The notes: generated by a model from the letters alone, not told the origin. A DNA stretch of 32,000 bases from Caedibacter taeniospiralis (GCF_002803295.2 NZ_PGGB02000011.1:7246-39245); one strand, 5' to 3'. Counted from the first letter of the stretch, positions 9,491 through 18,012 are shown. Numbers and translations are program-made.

Positions 9491-10573
9491 CTAATTTACC
9501 TTTTGCTGCTTGTTACTAAGGGGAATATGAGATGCGATCACCGTCAAAACAGGTTTGGCTTTATCAATGGGAATCAATACTTGTTTCGTATCAAACAGCG
9601 ACACACGTAACTGTTTTTGCTCTTCCCTAAAGAAATTATGCCAGTTGCTCATATCACTAAACAGTGAACCATTTTGCGTATATGGATACAGGTATAAAAG
9701 ATAGCTTTGATTCTGAGCTGCGTCGTCAAACAAAATCGTCTGTTCTTTTTCATCATACGCTATATATTTAAACCCTCCTGCCTCAATTGCCTCTTTCAGT
9801 GCCGTCTGTACCATAGAAGCATCACCTACAAACACAATAGAGGCAACTTTATCATTCGTATACAGTTGGAACTTCAGCCCACTGCTTGTGCTAACAAAAC
9901 CAAATTGCGCCTTTATCAGCGTCGATTCGCTGACCTTTTGTCCTCTGATATGCTGATCAATCAGCTCAACGACTTGACTTGCTTCTTTTTCAACTGCGGG
10001 TTTTTCATCCATGGCAAACAGGGATAATTCAGCACGTCTGAACTCATTTTTTACCCGTGCGATATAGACATAATAAGCTATCCCTGTCGCTTTATTTTTA
10101 ACAATAAAACGACTGTTGTCCCTGTCTTCTTTTTCCAGCGTTAGCGATGGCAGTTTACTTTGCAAAGCTGCCTGAACAATGAGCCAGCTCAACTCATAAG
10201 GCTCATATATCATCAGTTTTGCCTGATCATCTTTATCATAGCTTAACTTAGTTGAAACGATGTAAAGCTGCTCTTGTTCAACCAGGCTGATATTATAGCC
10301 TGCGTCAAAATTAGGTGGCAGTAACGCATTTTGCGCAGCAGCCTGCTGATTTGTACTAAAGCTAGTTACGCCTTCTGGCACAACCAATGTTGGGTTTATA
10401 TTGGGATCTTGTGACACTGATTCTGGTATTTCCAGTGGCTTATTCTGCTGAACAGGCTGACGCGCGTAATCGAAGTCACGATTACGGAAAAAATGACTAA
10501 CCGAAGCACACCCCGCCAATGCACTCACACTTAATATTGCCAGCATACACAAGGTAATTTTATTAAATTTCAT
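9491..10573 (-). CDS. outer-membrane lipoprotein, BamC/NlpB-like (assignment tentative)
   Basis: It has a lipoprotein signal with the lipobox LAGC (MKFNKITLCMLAILSVSALAGCAS). At 360 aa it is close to BamC in size. Its stop is 1 nt from the purC start, the bamC-purC neighbourhood known from enterobacteria. Sequence similarity to BamC cannot be verified by eye. Confidence 0.5.
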   Translation of the reverse strand: MKFNKITLCMLAILSVSALAGCASVSHFFRNRDFDYARQPVQQNKPLEIPESVSQDPNINPTLVVPEGVTSFSTNQQAAAQNALLPPNFDAGYNISLVEQEQLYIVSTKLSYDKDDQAKLMIYEPYELSWLIVQAALQSKLPSLTLEKEDRDNSRFIVKNKATGIAYYVYIARVKNEFRRAELSLFAMDEKPAVEKEASQVVELIDQHIRGQKVSESTLIKAQFGFVSTSSGLKFQLYTNDKVASIVFVGDASMVQTALKEAIEAGGFKYIAYDEKEQTILFDDAAQNQSYLLYLYPYTQNGSLFSDMSNWHNFFREEQKQLRVSLFDTKQVLIPIDKAKPVLTVIASHIPLSNKQQKVN

Positions 10574-10686
10574 GACTGTTTTACCTGGAAAAATGTAAGA
10601 GCATTATACACAAAGCAAACACTAATACGCACTGTATTTTAGCGTAAAAACCACGTTAATTACCGTCTCCCATTGCACAGGGGAAC

Positions 10687-10775
10687 TCCAACTTAATAAC
10701 TTACCTCGTGATGAGCGTATTCACTCAATCCAATATTGATATATCCAGATACCAAGGGGATGTTATTAAGTTGGA
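10687..10775. repeat. perfect 14-bp inverted repeat (tccaacttaataac / gttattaagttgga) separated by 61 nt
   Basis: Read directly: 10687-10700 is the reverse complement of 10762-10775. It lies in the 377-nt non-coding stretch upstream of the BamC-like gene, just before the MFS remnant ORF. Confidence 0.8.
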
Positions 10776-10787
10776 TAACCCCAAAGC

Positions 10788-11015
10788 ATGGCAATGGGCT
10801 TTACCAATATGATTATTATCGGTCTTGGAGGTCCAATACTCCAACCCGTCATTGGCTGGATATTAAGCTGGTATCAATCAGCCTATCAATGCACTGCCAA
10901 CACCCTTGATGGATTCCAAACCGCGCTGTTCCCAATCCTTGTCGGTTTAGTTATTGCTGTACTTCTTGTGTGTATTCCTGCAAAACCAATGATCTTTTGC
11001 AGTGTGTCTCTTTAA
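10788..11015 (+). pseudogene. probable remnant of an MFS transporter C-terminus (last two TM helices only)
   Basis: The 75-aa ORF AMGFTNMIIIGLGGPILQPVIGWILSWYQ...DGFQTALFPILVGLVIAVLL parallels the C-terminus of the adjacent intact MFS (AVGFNNMFVLLGVWFAQNLTGIVLGKF...YGYQVALTVGCSMFFAVAFVVGLL). Upstream in frame there is a stop at 10776-10778 and no further MFS-like sequence. It overlaps the 3' end of the convergent MFS gene by 65 nt. Confidence 0.3.
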
Positions 11016-12267
11016 TTGCCAGCAAACCAACCACAAAAGCAACGGCAAAAAACATGCTACACCCCACCGTTAATGCCACCTGATAACCATATACGCTAGT
11101 GCTGGCAGCACCACTTGCAAACTTCCCAAGCACTATACCTGTCAGATTTTGTGCAAACCACACCCCTAATAACACAAACATATTGTTAAAGCCTACTGCC
11201 GTTGCCGTAAGCACCTGAGGAACATTTTCAATTATCACCGCAAAGGATAGCGTCTGTGCACCAGCTGCGACACCCAACAGGAACATTAAAACAGAAAATA
11301 AACCATAGCTATCGATTGGTAACCAATTGAGCATTAAACTAATGACCACACCAAACACGGCACATGCTAACAATACTTTCTTACGGTTGCCTAATTTATC
11401 AGAAATTAAACCAACAAGGGGACTACCTAAGCCAAGCCCTAGCCACACAACTGACACGGCACCTGCTGAGATAGTTTGACTGAAAAAGTGCGCCAGATAA
11501 CTGACACCACTCATTGAACCAATGACTTCTACCGCGGGATATACAAATAAGGCGAAGATAGCGACCACCCATACTTGTCTTATCTTAATCAACATCAACA
11601 TCTTTTCTTTAACGGTCATTGATAGTGCGAACTTTGTCGATGAATCAGGCTTTTCTCTTAAGCTTTTAGGCTTATCTTTGACACATAAAAAGAAAAAAAA
11701 TGCCAGCAACAATCCTAGACCAAATATCCAATGAAAAACCAGGCGCCAATCATTATCCGTAACCACCAATAGCAACACAAATGGTGCACCAGCCAAAACT
11801 GGACCAATCATCCCTAATATCTGAGTCATCCCACCCATCACCCCTAAATATTGATGCGGGAACCAATCTAGAATAATTTTGAACATCATGGCAAAGGCAA
11901 ATGCAGACCCCAAACCAATTGCAAAACGTCCTATCCAAGCCATCAAAGCTGTTGTTGCAATGCTAAAAAGTAATGCACCAAGTGCGGTAACGATAATCGC
12001 AAACGTGCCAACTCTTTTAACGCCATAGTGATCAATCATCATACCCACAGGTAATTGCATTAGCGAATATGCTAGAAAATAGGCGGATGAAATACTACTC
12101 ACCGTTAGCTCATCCAAATGAAGCTCTTGTGCAAAAATTGTATTCATCGATCCAAAGGATGCTCGGCAGAAAAACTCGTACAGAAAAAAAACACCAGCTA
12201 AGGCAAAAAAAAGCCAGCCTCTTAAGAGCTTACGTGAAAAAAGTAAGTATTGAAATGAAGATGACAT
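10951..12267 (-). CDS. MFS transporter (12-TM, substrate unknown)
   Basis: 438 aa and strongly hydrophobic throughout. It has an MFS-type loop 2-3 motif (PVGMMIDHYGVKRV) and two 6-helix halves separated by a charged loop (KDKPKSLREKPDSS). Confidence 0.85.
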   Translation of the reverse strand: MSSSFQYLLFSRKLLRGWLFFALAGVFFLYEFFCRASFGSMNTIFAQELHLDELTVSSISSAYFLAYSLMQLPVGMMIDHYGVKRVGTFAIIVTALGALLFSIATTALMAWIGRFAIGLGSAFAFAMMFKIILDWFPHQYLGVMGGMTQILGMIGPVLAGAPFVLLLVVTDNDWRLVFHWIFGLGLLLAFFFFLCVKDKPKSLREKPDSSTKFALSMTVKEKMLMLIKIRQVWVVAIFALFVYPAVEVIGSMSGVSYLAHFFSQTISAGAVSVVWLGLGLGSPLVGLISDKLGNRKKVLLACAVFGVVISLMLNWLPIDSYGLFSVLMFLLGVAAGAQTLSFAVIIENVPQVLTATAVGFNNMFVLLGVWFAQNLTGIVLGKFASGAASTSVYGYQVALTVGCSMFFAVAFVVGLLAIKETHCKRSLVLQEYTQEVQQ

Positions 12268-12543
12268 TTGATAATTTTTTGCATTAAGAATGCGTCTAAA
12301 CTACCACACTATAGAGGTACTTGCAAAATTAAAACTGCCTCTCCAACAACTCCCGCTAGCTTTTTTATTTTCAGGTCAGCTAATGATAATTTTTTGAAGA
12401 CGAAAAAGCACCTCATCGCCATCTGGCGACATTTCTAAAATTCATGTCACATCAAAGTTTGTACAAATTTCATAGCAGGGTAGGCAATCCGTCATTTTAG
12501 GCATGGACATTATACATCATTAAATTTGCCTGAAAATTAGTAC

Positions 12544-12981
12544 TTAGATAACCTTCAACGTAATATCCAATGAGTGCCCCTGGCGCAGCAGATATTGAAT
12601 TCTCTTGTGCTTTTCCTTGAGATCATGCGGCTGATCATGATATTTTCTTTGGTAACACAACATAGCTTGCTCAAACCAGTCAATATTAAGCATTGCCAGC
12701 ATTTTTTCGAGTATTGCACTTTCGATACCTTTTTCATACACAAGCTTCTGCTTGATTCGCAACAAACCATAATGTTTGCTCAGGCAATCACGCAGAACAA
12801 GCTCAGCATAGCGCTCATCAGATTGCCAATTATTTTCAACAAACTCTGCTAACAACGTATCAATTTCCTCCAGTGATAGATTATTACGCAACATGAGCTT
12901 TCGCCTGAGTTGTGCAGAGGAGTACTCTTGTTTTGACAGTAGATAAAAAAGATAATCGCGTTCGTTTTTACTCTTCTGCAT
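12544..12981 (-). CDS. recX: recombination regulator RecX
   Basis: 145 aa from the ATG at 12979-12981 ([29 protein letters not shown]...), with the triple-repeat helical RecX pattern, immediately downstream of recA. The ORF-track version (262 aa, start 13332) would overlap 365 nt of recA and is rejected. Confidence 0.85.
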   Translation of the reverse strand: MQKSKNERDYLFYLLSKQEYSSAQLRRKLMLRNNLSLEEIDTLLAEFVENNWQSDERYAELVLRDCLSKHYGLLRIKQKLVYEKGIESAILEKMLAMLNIDWFEQAMLCYQRKYHDQPHDLKEKHKRIQYLLRQGHSLDITLKVI

Positions 12982-13996
12982 TTGAGGGGGTGAGTTTATT
13001 TTTATTGGCGTTTGGTAATAGCGTTTCCATAATTGCTTTATGTAATGCTTCTTTGACGACTGGATTTTCCTTGAGATAAGCGCGCACATTGTCTTTTCCC
13101 TGCCCGATACGATCGCCATTGTAGCTATACCAGGCACCCGACTTGTCAACAAGATTATATTTGACACCCAAATCAATAAGCTCCCCCTCCAGAGAGATTC
13201 CCTCGCCATATAAAATATCAAAATCTGCCTGTTTAAATGGTGGAGATACCTTATTTTTGACCACTTTGACTTTTGTCTCATTTCCAAGTATTTCTTCACC
13301 TTTTTTAATTGGACTGCCACGGCGAATTTCAAGACGAACTGAAGCGTAGAATTTTAACGCATTACCGCCAGTAGTCGTTTCTGGATTACCAAACATGACC
13401 CCAATTTTCATTCTGATTTGGTTAATAAATACCACCAGCGTATTCGAACGCTTGATATTGGCGGTTAATTTACGCAATGCCTGTGACATGAGTCTCGCCT
13501 GCAATCCCATATGGGAATCCCCCATCTCCCCTTCAATTTCAGCTTTTGGCGTTAATGCTGCCACTGAGTCGACCACAACAATGTCTACGCCGCCTGAGCG
13601 CACCAGCATATCAACAATTTCCAAGGCTTGCTCACCCGTATCTGGCTGAGAGACAACCAGGCTCTTAAGGTCAACGCCAAGAGCCTCAGCATACACGGGA
13701 TCAAGTACATGCTCTGCATCAATAAAAGCTGCTGTACCCCCATTTTTCTGGCATTGAGCAATAGCTTGCAAAGTTAGCGTTGTTTTCCCTGAGGATTCAG
13801 AACCATAAATCTCAACCACACGTCCTTTAGGCAAACCACCAACTCCTAAGGCTATATCCAAACCAATAGAACCTGTTGAGATCACTTCGATATCTTTTGC
13901 AAGATCGTTATCGCCCATACGCATAATAGAGCCTTTACCAAATTGCTTCTCAATTTGCGCTAAAGCTGAATTTAACGCTTGTTCTTTATTACTCAT
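12968..13996 (-). CDS. recA: recombinase RecA
   Basis: 342 aa, nearly colinear with E. coli RecA ([84 protein letters not shown]). Confidence 0.98.
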   Translation of the reverse strand: MSNKEQALNSALAQIEKQFGKGSIMRMGDNDLAKDIEVISTGSIGLDIALGVGGLPKGRVVEIYGSESSGKTTLTLQAIAQCQKNGGTAAFIDAEHVLDPVYAEALGVDLKSLVVSQPDTGEQALEIVDMLVRSGGVDIVVVDSVAALTPKAEIEGEMGDSHMGLQARLMSQALRKLTANIKRSNTLVVFINQIRMKIGVMFGNPETTTGGNALKFYASVRLEIRRGSPIKKGEEILGNETKVKVVKNKVSPPFKQADFDILYGEGISLEGELIDLGVKYNLVDKSGAWYSYNGDRIGQGKDNVRAYLKENPVVKEALHKAIMETLLPNANKNKLTPSNAEE

Positions 13997-14083
13997 AGAT
14001 CATCCTCAAAACAGGTAAATTTAAGATTTAAAACACGGGAATTAATGTAGCATTTATACGTAACGAACAAAAGGCAAATCTCA

Positions 14084-14101
14084 CCCCACTTTAAAGTGGG
14101 G
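14084..14101. repeat. perfect 18-bp palindrome ccccacttt|aaagtgggg
   Basis: Read directly. It lies in the divergent recA/smpB intergenic region. Its core ccactttaaagtgg is identical to the centre of the 44-bp palindrome at 23747-23790. Confidence 0.85.
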
Positions 14102-14114
14102 TTGTCGGATGCGT

Positions 14115-14138
14115 GTGACACCGCTTACCCACACCGAC
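14115..14138 (+). repeat. 24-nt dispersed intergenic repeat, copy A (gtgacaccgcttacccacaccgac)
   Basis: It is 21/24 identical to the reverse complement of 17909-17932 (gtgacactgattactcacaccgac) and 17/24 identical to 16473-16496. Together with gtcgg at 14104-14108 it can form an imperfect hairpin (gtcgg...ccgac). Confidence 0.8.
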
Positions 14139-14249
14139 ATTTTGGGCAAATGCTTAGGTAAATATTTTGTCCAAACCTATTTCTCTTATGTCTTCAGTTC
14201 GTGTTAGAATCTCGACCATTGCAACACTTATGGTCCATTTTGCAAAGCA

Positions 14250-14732
14250 ATGGCAAAGACAAAACCCAAATCAACCGCAACGAGTAATACGATTGCTAAG
14301 AACAAAAAAGCATTTCATGAATATACCATTGAGGATCGCTTTGAAGCTGGTATTGTGCTCCAGGGTTGGGAAGTAAAAAGTATTCGCTCAGGACGCGTGC
14401 AGCTTGTCGATAGTCATATTCATGTCAAAAATAGCGAAGCCTGGCTTTTTAACGCCCTGATCACTCCTTTACATTCGGCATCAACGCATGTTGTACCCGA
14501 GCCCGCTGGGACGCGTAAATTGCTTTTACATCGCCGAGAAATCAATAAACTATTAGGAAAAATCGATCAAAAAGGCTATACCGTAGTACCGTTGGCAATG
14601 TACTGGAAAGGTTCTCGAGTTAAGCTTGAAATCGCGATCGCCAAAGGTAAACAATTACATGACAAACGCCAGGCATCTAAAGAGCATGACTGGAAACGTG
14701 AGAAAGAACGTCTGTTCAAAAAGAGTATTTAG
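14250..14732 (+). CDS. smpB: SsrA-binding protein SmpB
   Basis: 160 aa with [29 protein letters not shown] and [15 protein letters not shown]. This is canonical SmpB. Confidence 0.96.
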   Translation: MAKTKPKSTATSNTIAKNKKAFHEYTIEDRFEAGIVLQGWEVKSIRSGRVQLVDSHIHVKNSEAWLFNALITPLHSASTHVVPEPAGTRKLLLHRREINKLLGKIDQKGYTVVPLAMYWKGSRVKLEIAIAKGKQLHDKRQASKEHDWKREKERLFKKSI

Positions 14733-14735
14733 GCA

Positions 14736-15509
14736 ATGAGCGCAACCGAAAAAAAGCTTCATTTCTATATTACTAAGGCAATCGCAGATTATAAAATGCT
14801 GCAAAAAGGAGACAAAGTCATGATCTGCCTTTCTGGCGGCAAGGACTCTTTTAGCCTTGTTAAGATTATGCACACACTGGTGCAAAACGACACCTATGAT
14901 GTGAAGCTTATGGTCTATACGCTTGACCAAAGCCAGCCTGGCTGGGATGATCGCGATATGCGCGCTTACCTTGAAAAGCATGATATCAACTATGTGATTG
15001 AAAAGCGTGATACCTATTCAGTCGTCATTGATAAGATTCCTGAAAATAAAACTTATTGTTCACTGTGTTCACGCCTGCGTCGTGGCAATATCTATCGCTT
15101 TGCACGTGAAAATAAAATGAACAAAATCATGTTGGGACATCATCGCGATGATGTCATCGAATCTGTACTCATGTCGATGTTTTATCAAGGCAAAATAAAA
15201 TCCATGCCCGCGAAGCTATTAACTGAGGATAAAGAGAATGTCGTTGTTCGCCCGATGATCTATTGCCAGGAGCGTGATATTGCACGCTTTGCCAAAGAGC
15301 AGAACTTCCCCATTATTCCCTGTAATCTTTGTGGCAGTCAGGAAAATTTAAAACGCCAGCAGGTAAAAAACCTGATCCATGAACTTGCCAGGCAAAATCC
15401 TGTGATCCCACAAAATATCTTTGCCTCCCTCAGTAACGTGGTACCAAGCCATTTGTATGACAGCAGTTTATTTGATATCCGTGAATGCGATCAGGAACGA
15501 TTAGGCTGA
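14736..15509 (+). CDS. ttcA: tRNA 2-thiocytidine(32) synthetase TtcA (PP-loop ATPase)
   Basis: 257 aa with the PP-loop SGGKDS (MICLSGGKDSFSL) and the two Cys clusters CSLCSRLRRG and PCNLCGSQ typical of TtcA. Confidence 0.9.
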   Translation: MSATEKKLHFYITKAIADYKMLQKGDKVMICLSGGKDSFSLVKIMHTLVQNDTYDVKLMVYTLDQSQPGWDDRDMRAYLEKHDINYVIEKRDTYSVVIDKIPENKTYCSLCSRLRRGNIYRFARENKMNKIMLGHHRDDVIESVLMSMFYQGKIKSMPAKLLTEDKENVVVRPMIYCQERDIARFAKEQNFPIIPCNLCGSQENLKRQQVKNLIHELARQNPVIPQNIFASLSNVVPSHLYDSSLFDIRECDQERLG

Positions 15510-15535
15510 TCTTAATCAAATAGTCCTGGTAGAGT

Positions 15536-15559
15536 AAGCCGTCAGGGTTGTCGGCTTTT
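15536..15559 (+). terminator. possible intrinsic terminator after ttcA
   Basis: The stem is aagccg(t)ca-gggt-tg(t)cggctt, 8 bp with one T.T mismatch and a 4-nt loop. It runs into a short T4 tract (cggcttttg), 27 nt after the ttcA stop. The U-tract is weak. Confidence 0.4.
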
Positions 15560-15634
15560 GCAAACAAGATTTACTTGAGAGATTAAATAAGCTAAGGTAA
15601 CCCGTCATAATTAACACGTTAAACAGATATTAAA

Positions 15635-16468
15635 ATGATCCACTGGTTTCCAGCGCATATGCACAAGGCCACCAAAGAGCTCATTAAAATCATGCCTCAA
15701 ATTGATATTGCCATTGAGGTAGTTGATGCTCGAGCACCCGAAGCAAGTGCCAATCCCGTCTTACATGAAGCTGCTAAAGGTAAGCCAATCATTAAGATTC
15801 TCTCCAAAGCTGATCTTGCAGACCCCATTGTTACTAAAGCGTGGCTTAAATTTTACCAGGGCAAAGCCCTGGCACTTGATATTGCGCATGATAAAAAAAG
15901 TGCGCAAAAAATTATTAACCTGTGCAAAAAGCAACTGCCCAATCGTGGCACGATTTTAAAACCAATACGCGTTGTGATTTTTGGCATTCCCAATGTCGGA
16001 AAATCAACACTTATCAATAGCCTCGCCAAACGAAAAGTAGCTCAAACTGGCAATGAGCCCGCGGTGACCAAAAGGCAGCAAAAGATAGAGATTGAAAAGC
16101 ACTTTTATCTTAATGATACCCCTGGGATCATGTTTCCAAGTCCAAAAGATGAAGGATGTAGCTATAAGCTTGCCGCTATTGGCTCCATTCGCGACACCGC
16201 AATGGACTATCCATCAACGGCTTACTTCATCTTAGATTTTCTCAAAGAAGAGTATCCTCAGTTACTCATGTCGCGCTTTAATCCCACAAGCCTCACTATG
16301 GATACTGAAGAGATGCTTCTCAATATCGGCAAAGCACTAGGGCAACAACATACACATCACATTGCCGAGAAAATTATTCAAGATTTTCGCCAGGGAAGAA
16401 TTGGAGCTATGTCGCTGGAAACCCCTGATAACTACCTGAAGTATTACGTCCCTTCTGAAAATGTATAA
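15635..16468 (+). CDS. rbgA: ribosome biogenesis GTPase A (YlqF/RbgA, circularly permuted GTPase)
   Basis: 277 aa with permuted motif order: G4-like LSKAD (aa ~56-60) precedes G1 GIPNVGKSTLIN and G3 DTPG. The N-terminal WFPAHMHKA is typical of YlqF. Confidence 0.88.
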   Translation: MIHWFPAHMHKATKELIKIMPQIDIAIEVVDARAPEASANPVLHEAAKGKPIIKILSKADLADPIVTKAWLKFYQGKALALDIAHDKKSAQKIINLCKKQLPNRGTILKPIRVVIFGIPNVGKSTLINSLAKRKVAQTGNEPAVTKRQQKIEIEKHFYLNDTPGIMFPSPKDEGCSYKLAAIGSIRDTAMDYPSTAYFILDFLKEEYPQLLMSRFNPTSLTMDTEEMLLNIGKALGQQHTHHIAEKIIQDFRQGRIGAMSLETPDNYLKYYVPSENV

Positions 16469-16472
16469 GCGC

Positions 16473-16496
16473 GTAACTCCAGTTACCTACACCCCC
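16473..16496 (+). repeat. diverged member of the 24-nt repeat family (gtaactccagttacctacaccccc)
   Basis: It starts 5 nt after the rbgA stop. It is 17/24 identical to copy A (14115-14138) and shares the core ttacc[c/t]acacc. It also carries the actccag..tta..ctac motif seen after trmB and nhaA. Confidence 0.55.
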
Positions 16497-16639
16497 TATG
16501 TGTTGCCGACTTCGTTACATTTATTTGGTCGCTGCTTGTTCAGAATATGTTAGGACATTCAGTGATGAATGTTTTCATTTATTTCTCGACTATTCCGTGC
16601 AATAATGCGCAATAGTCGCGACCAGTCCGTTTTAAGCCA

Positions 16640-17845
16640 ATGATTAGACGATTTTATGAAAATATTATTCAAAATCATATGAATAAATATGAGCAAATGA
16701 TTTTTATTTCTGGCGCCCGTCAAGTGGGCAAAACGACGCTGGCAAAACAGTTTCAAACCAGCGACAAAAGTTATTTAAACTGGGACAATGTTGTACACAG
16801 AGAAATTATACTAAGCCGATTGTTCGATTATATTGATAACGATCTGCTTGCAGTATTATCTGAGACTAAACCCTGTTTGATCCTTGATGAAATTCATAAA
16901 TATGAAAACTGGAAAAATTTTATTAAAGGTATTTATGATCAATATAAAGGGAGAATACATTTGATCATTACAGGATCTGCTAAATTAGATATCTATAGTA
17001 AGGGCGGGGATAGTCTGATGGGGAGATATTTTAATTATCAGATTATGCCCTTGTCTGTGCATGAGTTGTTAGAAGTCCCATATGCAAAAAAGTTTGTTAA
17101 TCAACCTTCCGCTTTAGCTCATGAAAAGTGGGGACGTTTATTTAGATTTGGTGGATATCCTGAGGCCTATAGTAAGAATGATATTGAGTTTTTTGAATTG
17201 TGGTCAGCTATGCGCTGGAATCAGTTATTCAAAGAGGAAATTCGTGATTATGCTAACGTGCACGATATTGCACAACTTGAACTTATGGGGAAGCTAATCA
17301 TTGGACAAGTCGGGAGTTTAATTAATTACGCTCAAGTGGCTAAAAAAATTCAAAAGTCTGAAAGCACGGTAAGGTCATGGTTCCAATTATTAGAAAGCAC
17401 CTATTATCTATTTAGCATCTCTCCATGGTCAAATAACGTGAATCGCTCCATTTTAAAAGCGCCTAAGGCATATTTACATGACTGGTCACTTGTTAATGAT
17501 GTTGGCGCCAGGATTGAGAATTATTGTGCTGTGCATTTGTTAAAAGCGATATATTATTGGAAAAATACAGGGCAAGGTCATTTTTCTCTACACTATTTGC
17601 GTGATAAGGATCAACGCGAAGTCGATTTTCTCATTGCTAAAGAAGATCAGCCCTGGATGCTTATTGAGGTTAAAAAAAGCCTGAATATTTCGACCAGTAA
17701 AAATCTGTTGTATTTCCAAAGGCAACTCAATCCCACATATACTTTTCAGCTTGTGTTTGATGCTGAGTTTATAAAGCTTGATCTATTTAATATTCATGAC
17801 AGCAAAATTGTACCTATGCATACTTTCTTGTCACAGCTATTTTAA
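16640..17845 (+). CDS. orphan AAA+ ATPase with HTH-like middle and PD-(D/E)xK-like C-terminus (AAA_14 + DUF4143-type architecture); function unknown
   Basis: 401 aa with Walker A GARQVGKTT (aa 25-33), Walker B LILDE (aa 80-84) and ITGS (aa 110-113). The C-terminal REVDFLI...LIEVKK gives D329...E343-x-K345. The gene is visibly more AT-rich than its neighbours (not computed). Confidence 0.8.
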   Translation: MIRRFYENIIQNHMNKYEQMIFISGARQVGKTTLAKQFQTSDKSYLNWDNVVHREIILSRLFDYIDNDLLAVLSETKPCLILDEIHKYENWKNFIKGIYDQYKGRIHLIITGSAKLDIYSKGGDSLMGRYFNYQIMPLSVHELLEVPYAKKFVNQPSALAHEKWGRLFRFGGYPEAYSKNDIEFFELWSAMRWNQLFKEEIRDYANVHDIAQLELMGKLIIGQVGSLINYAQVAKKIQKSESTVRSWFQLLESTYYLFSISPWSNNVNRSILKAPKAYLHDWSLVNDVGARIENYCAVHLLKAIYYWKNTGQGHFSLHYLRDKDQREVDFLIAKEDQPWMLIEVKKSLNISTSKNLLYFQRQLNPTYTFQLVFDAEFIKLDLFNIHDSKIVPMHTFLSQLF

Positions 17846-17908
17846 CGTGAGTTACTGTTACGTACGTTTGCTGATTTTTGAGGCTGTGCAAATAATTCGC
17901 CCAAGCGT

Positions 17909-17932
17909 GTCGGTGTGAGTAATCAGTGTCAC
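17909..17932 (-). repeat. 24-nt dispersed intergenic repeat, copy B (inverted relative to copies at 14115 and 16473)
   Basis: The plus strand reads gtcggtgtgagtaatcagtgtcac. Its reverse complement gtgacactgattactcacaccgac is 21/24 identical to 14115-14138. It lies in the convergent AAA-ATPase/oppF spacer. Confidence 0.8.
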
Positions 17933-18012
17933 CCTGCGTGAAGTCGTTAGGGTTATTTGAAAGCTGGATTCCCGCCTATTTTGTTTCGGCGAAAATATGG
18001 TTATGACCCTTT

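Noticed and set aside
12982-13332. A 262-aa version of RecX extending 351 nt into recA.
   Set aside because: RecX proteins are about 150 aa. The extension lies out of frame inside recA and looks non-protein-like. The ATG at 12981 gives a standard-length RecX with a 14-nt overlap with the recA 3' end.
13997-14249. I expected a LexA/SOS box upstream of recA and an ssrA (tmRNA) gene next to smpB.
   Set aside because: There is no CTGT-N8-ACAG-type palindrome on either strand, and no tmRNA-like 5' GGGG(C/A)UGA...tRNA-Ala-like ends. The spacer instead holds the palindrome and repeat reported above. Absence of LexA control would be consistent with a Legionellales-like organism, but it cannot be established from this window.
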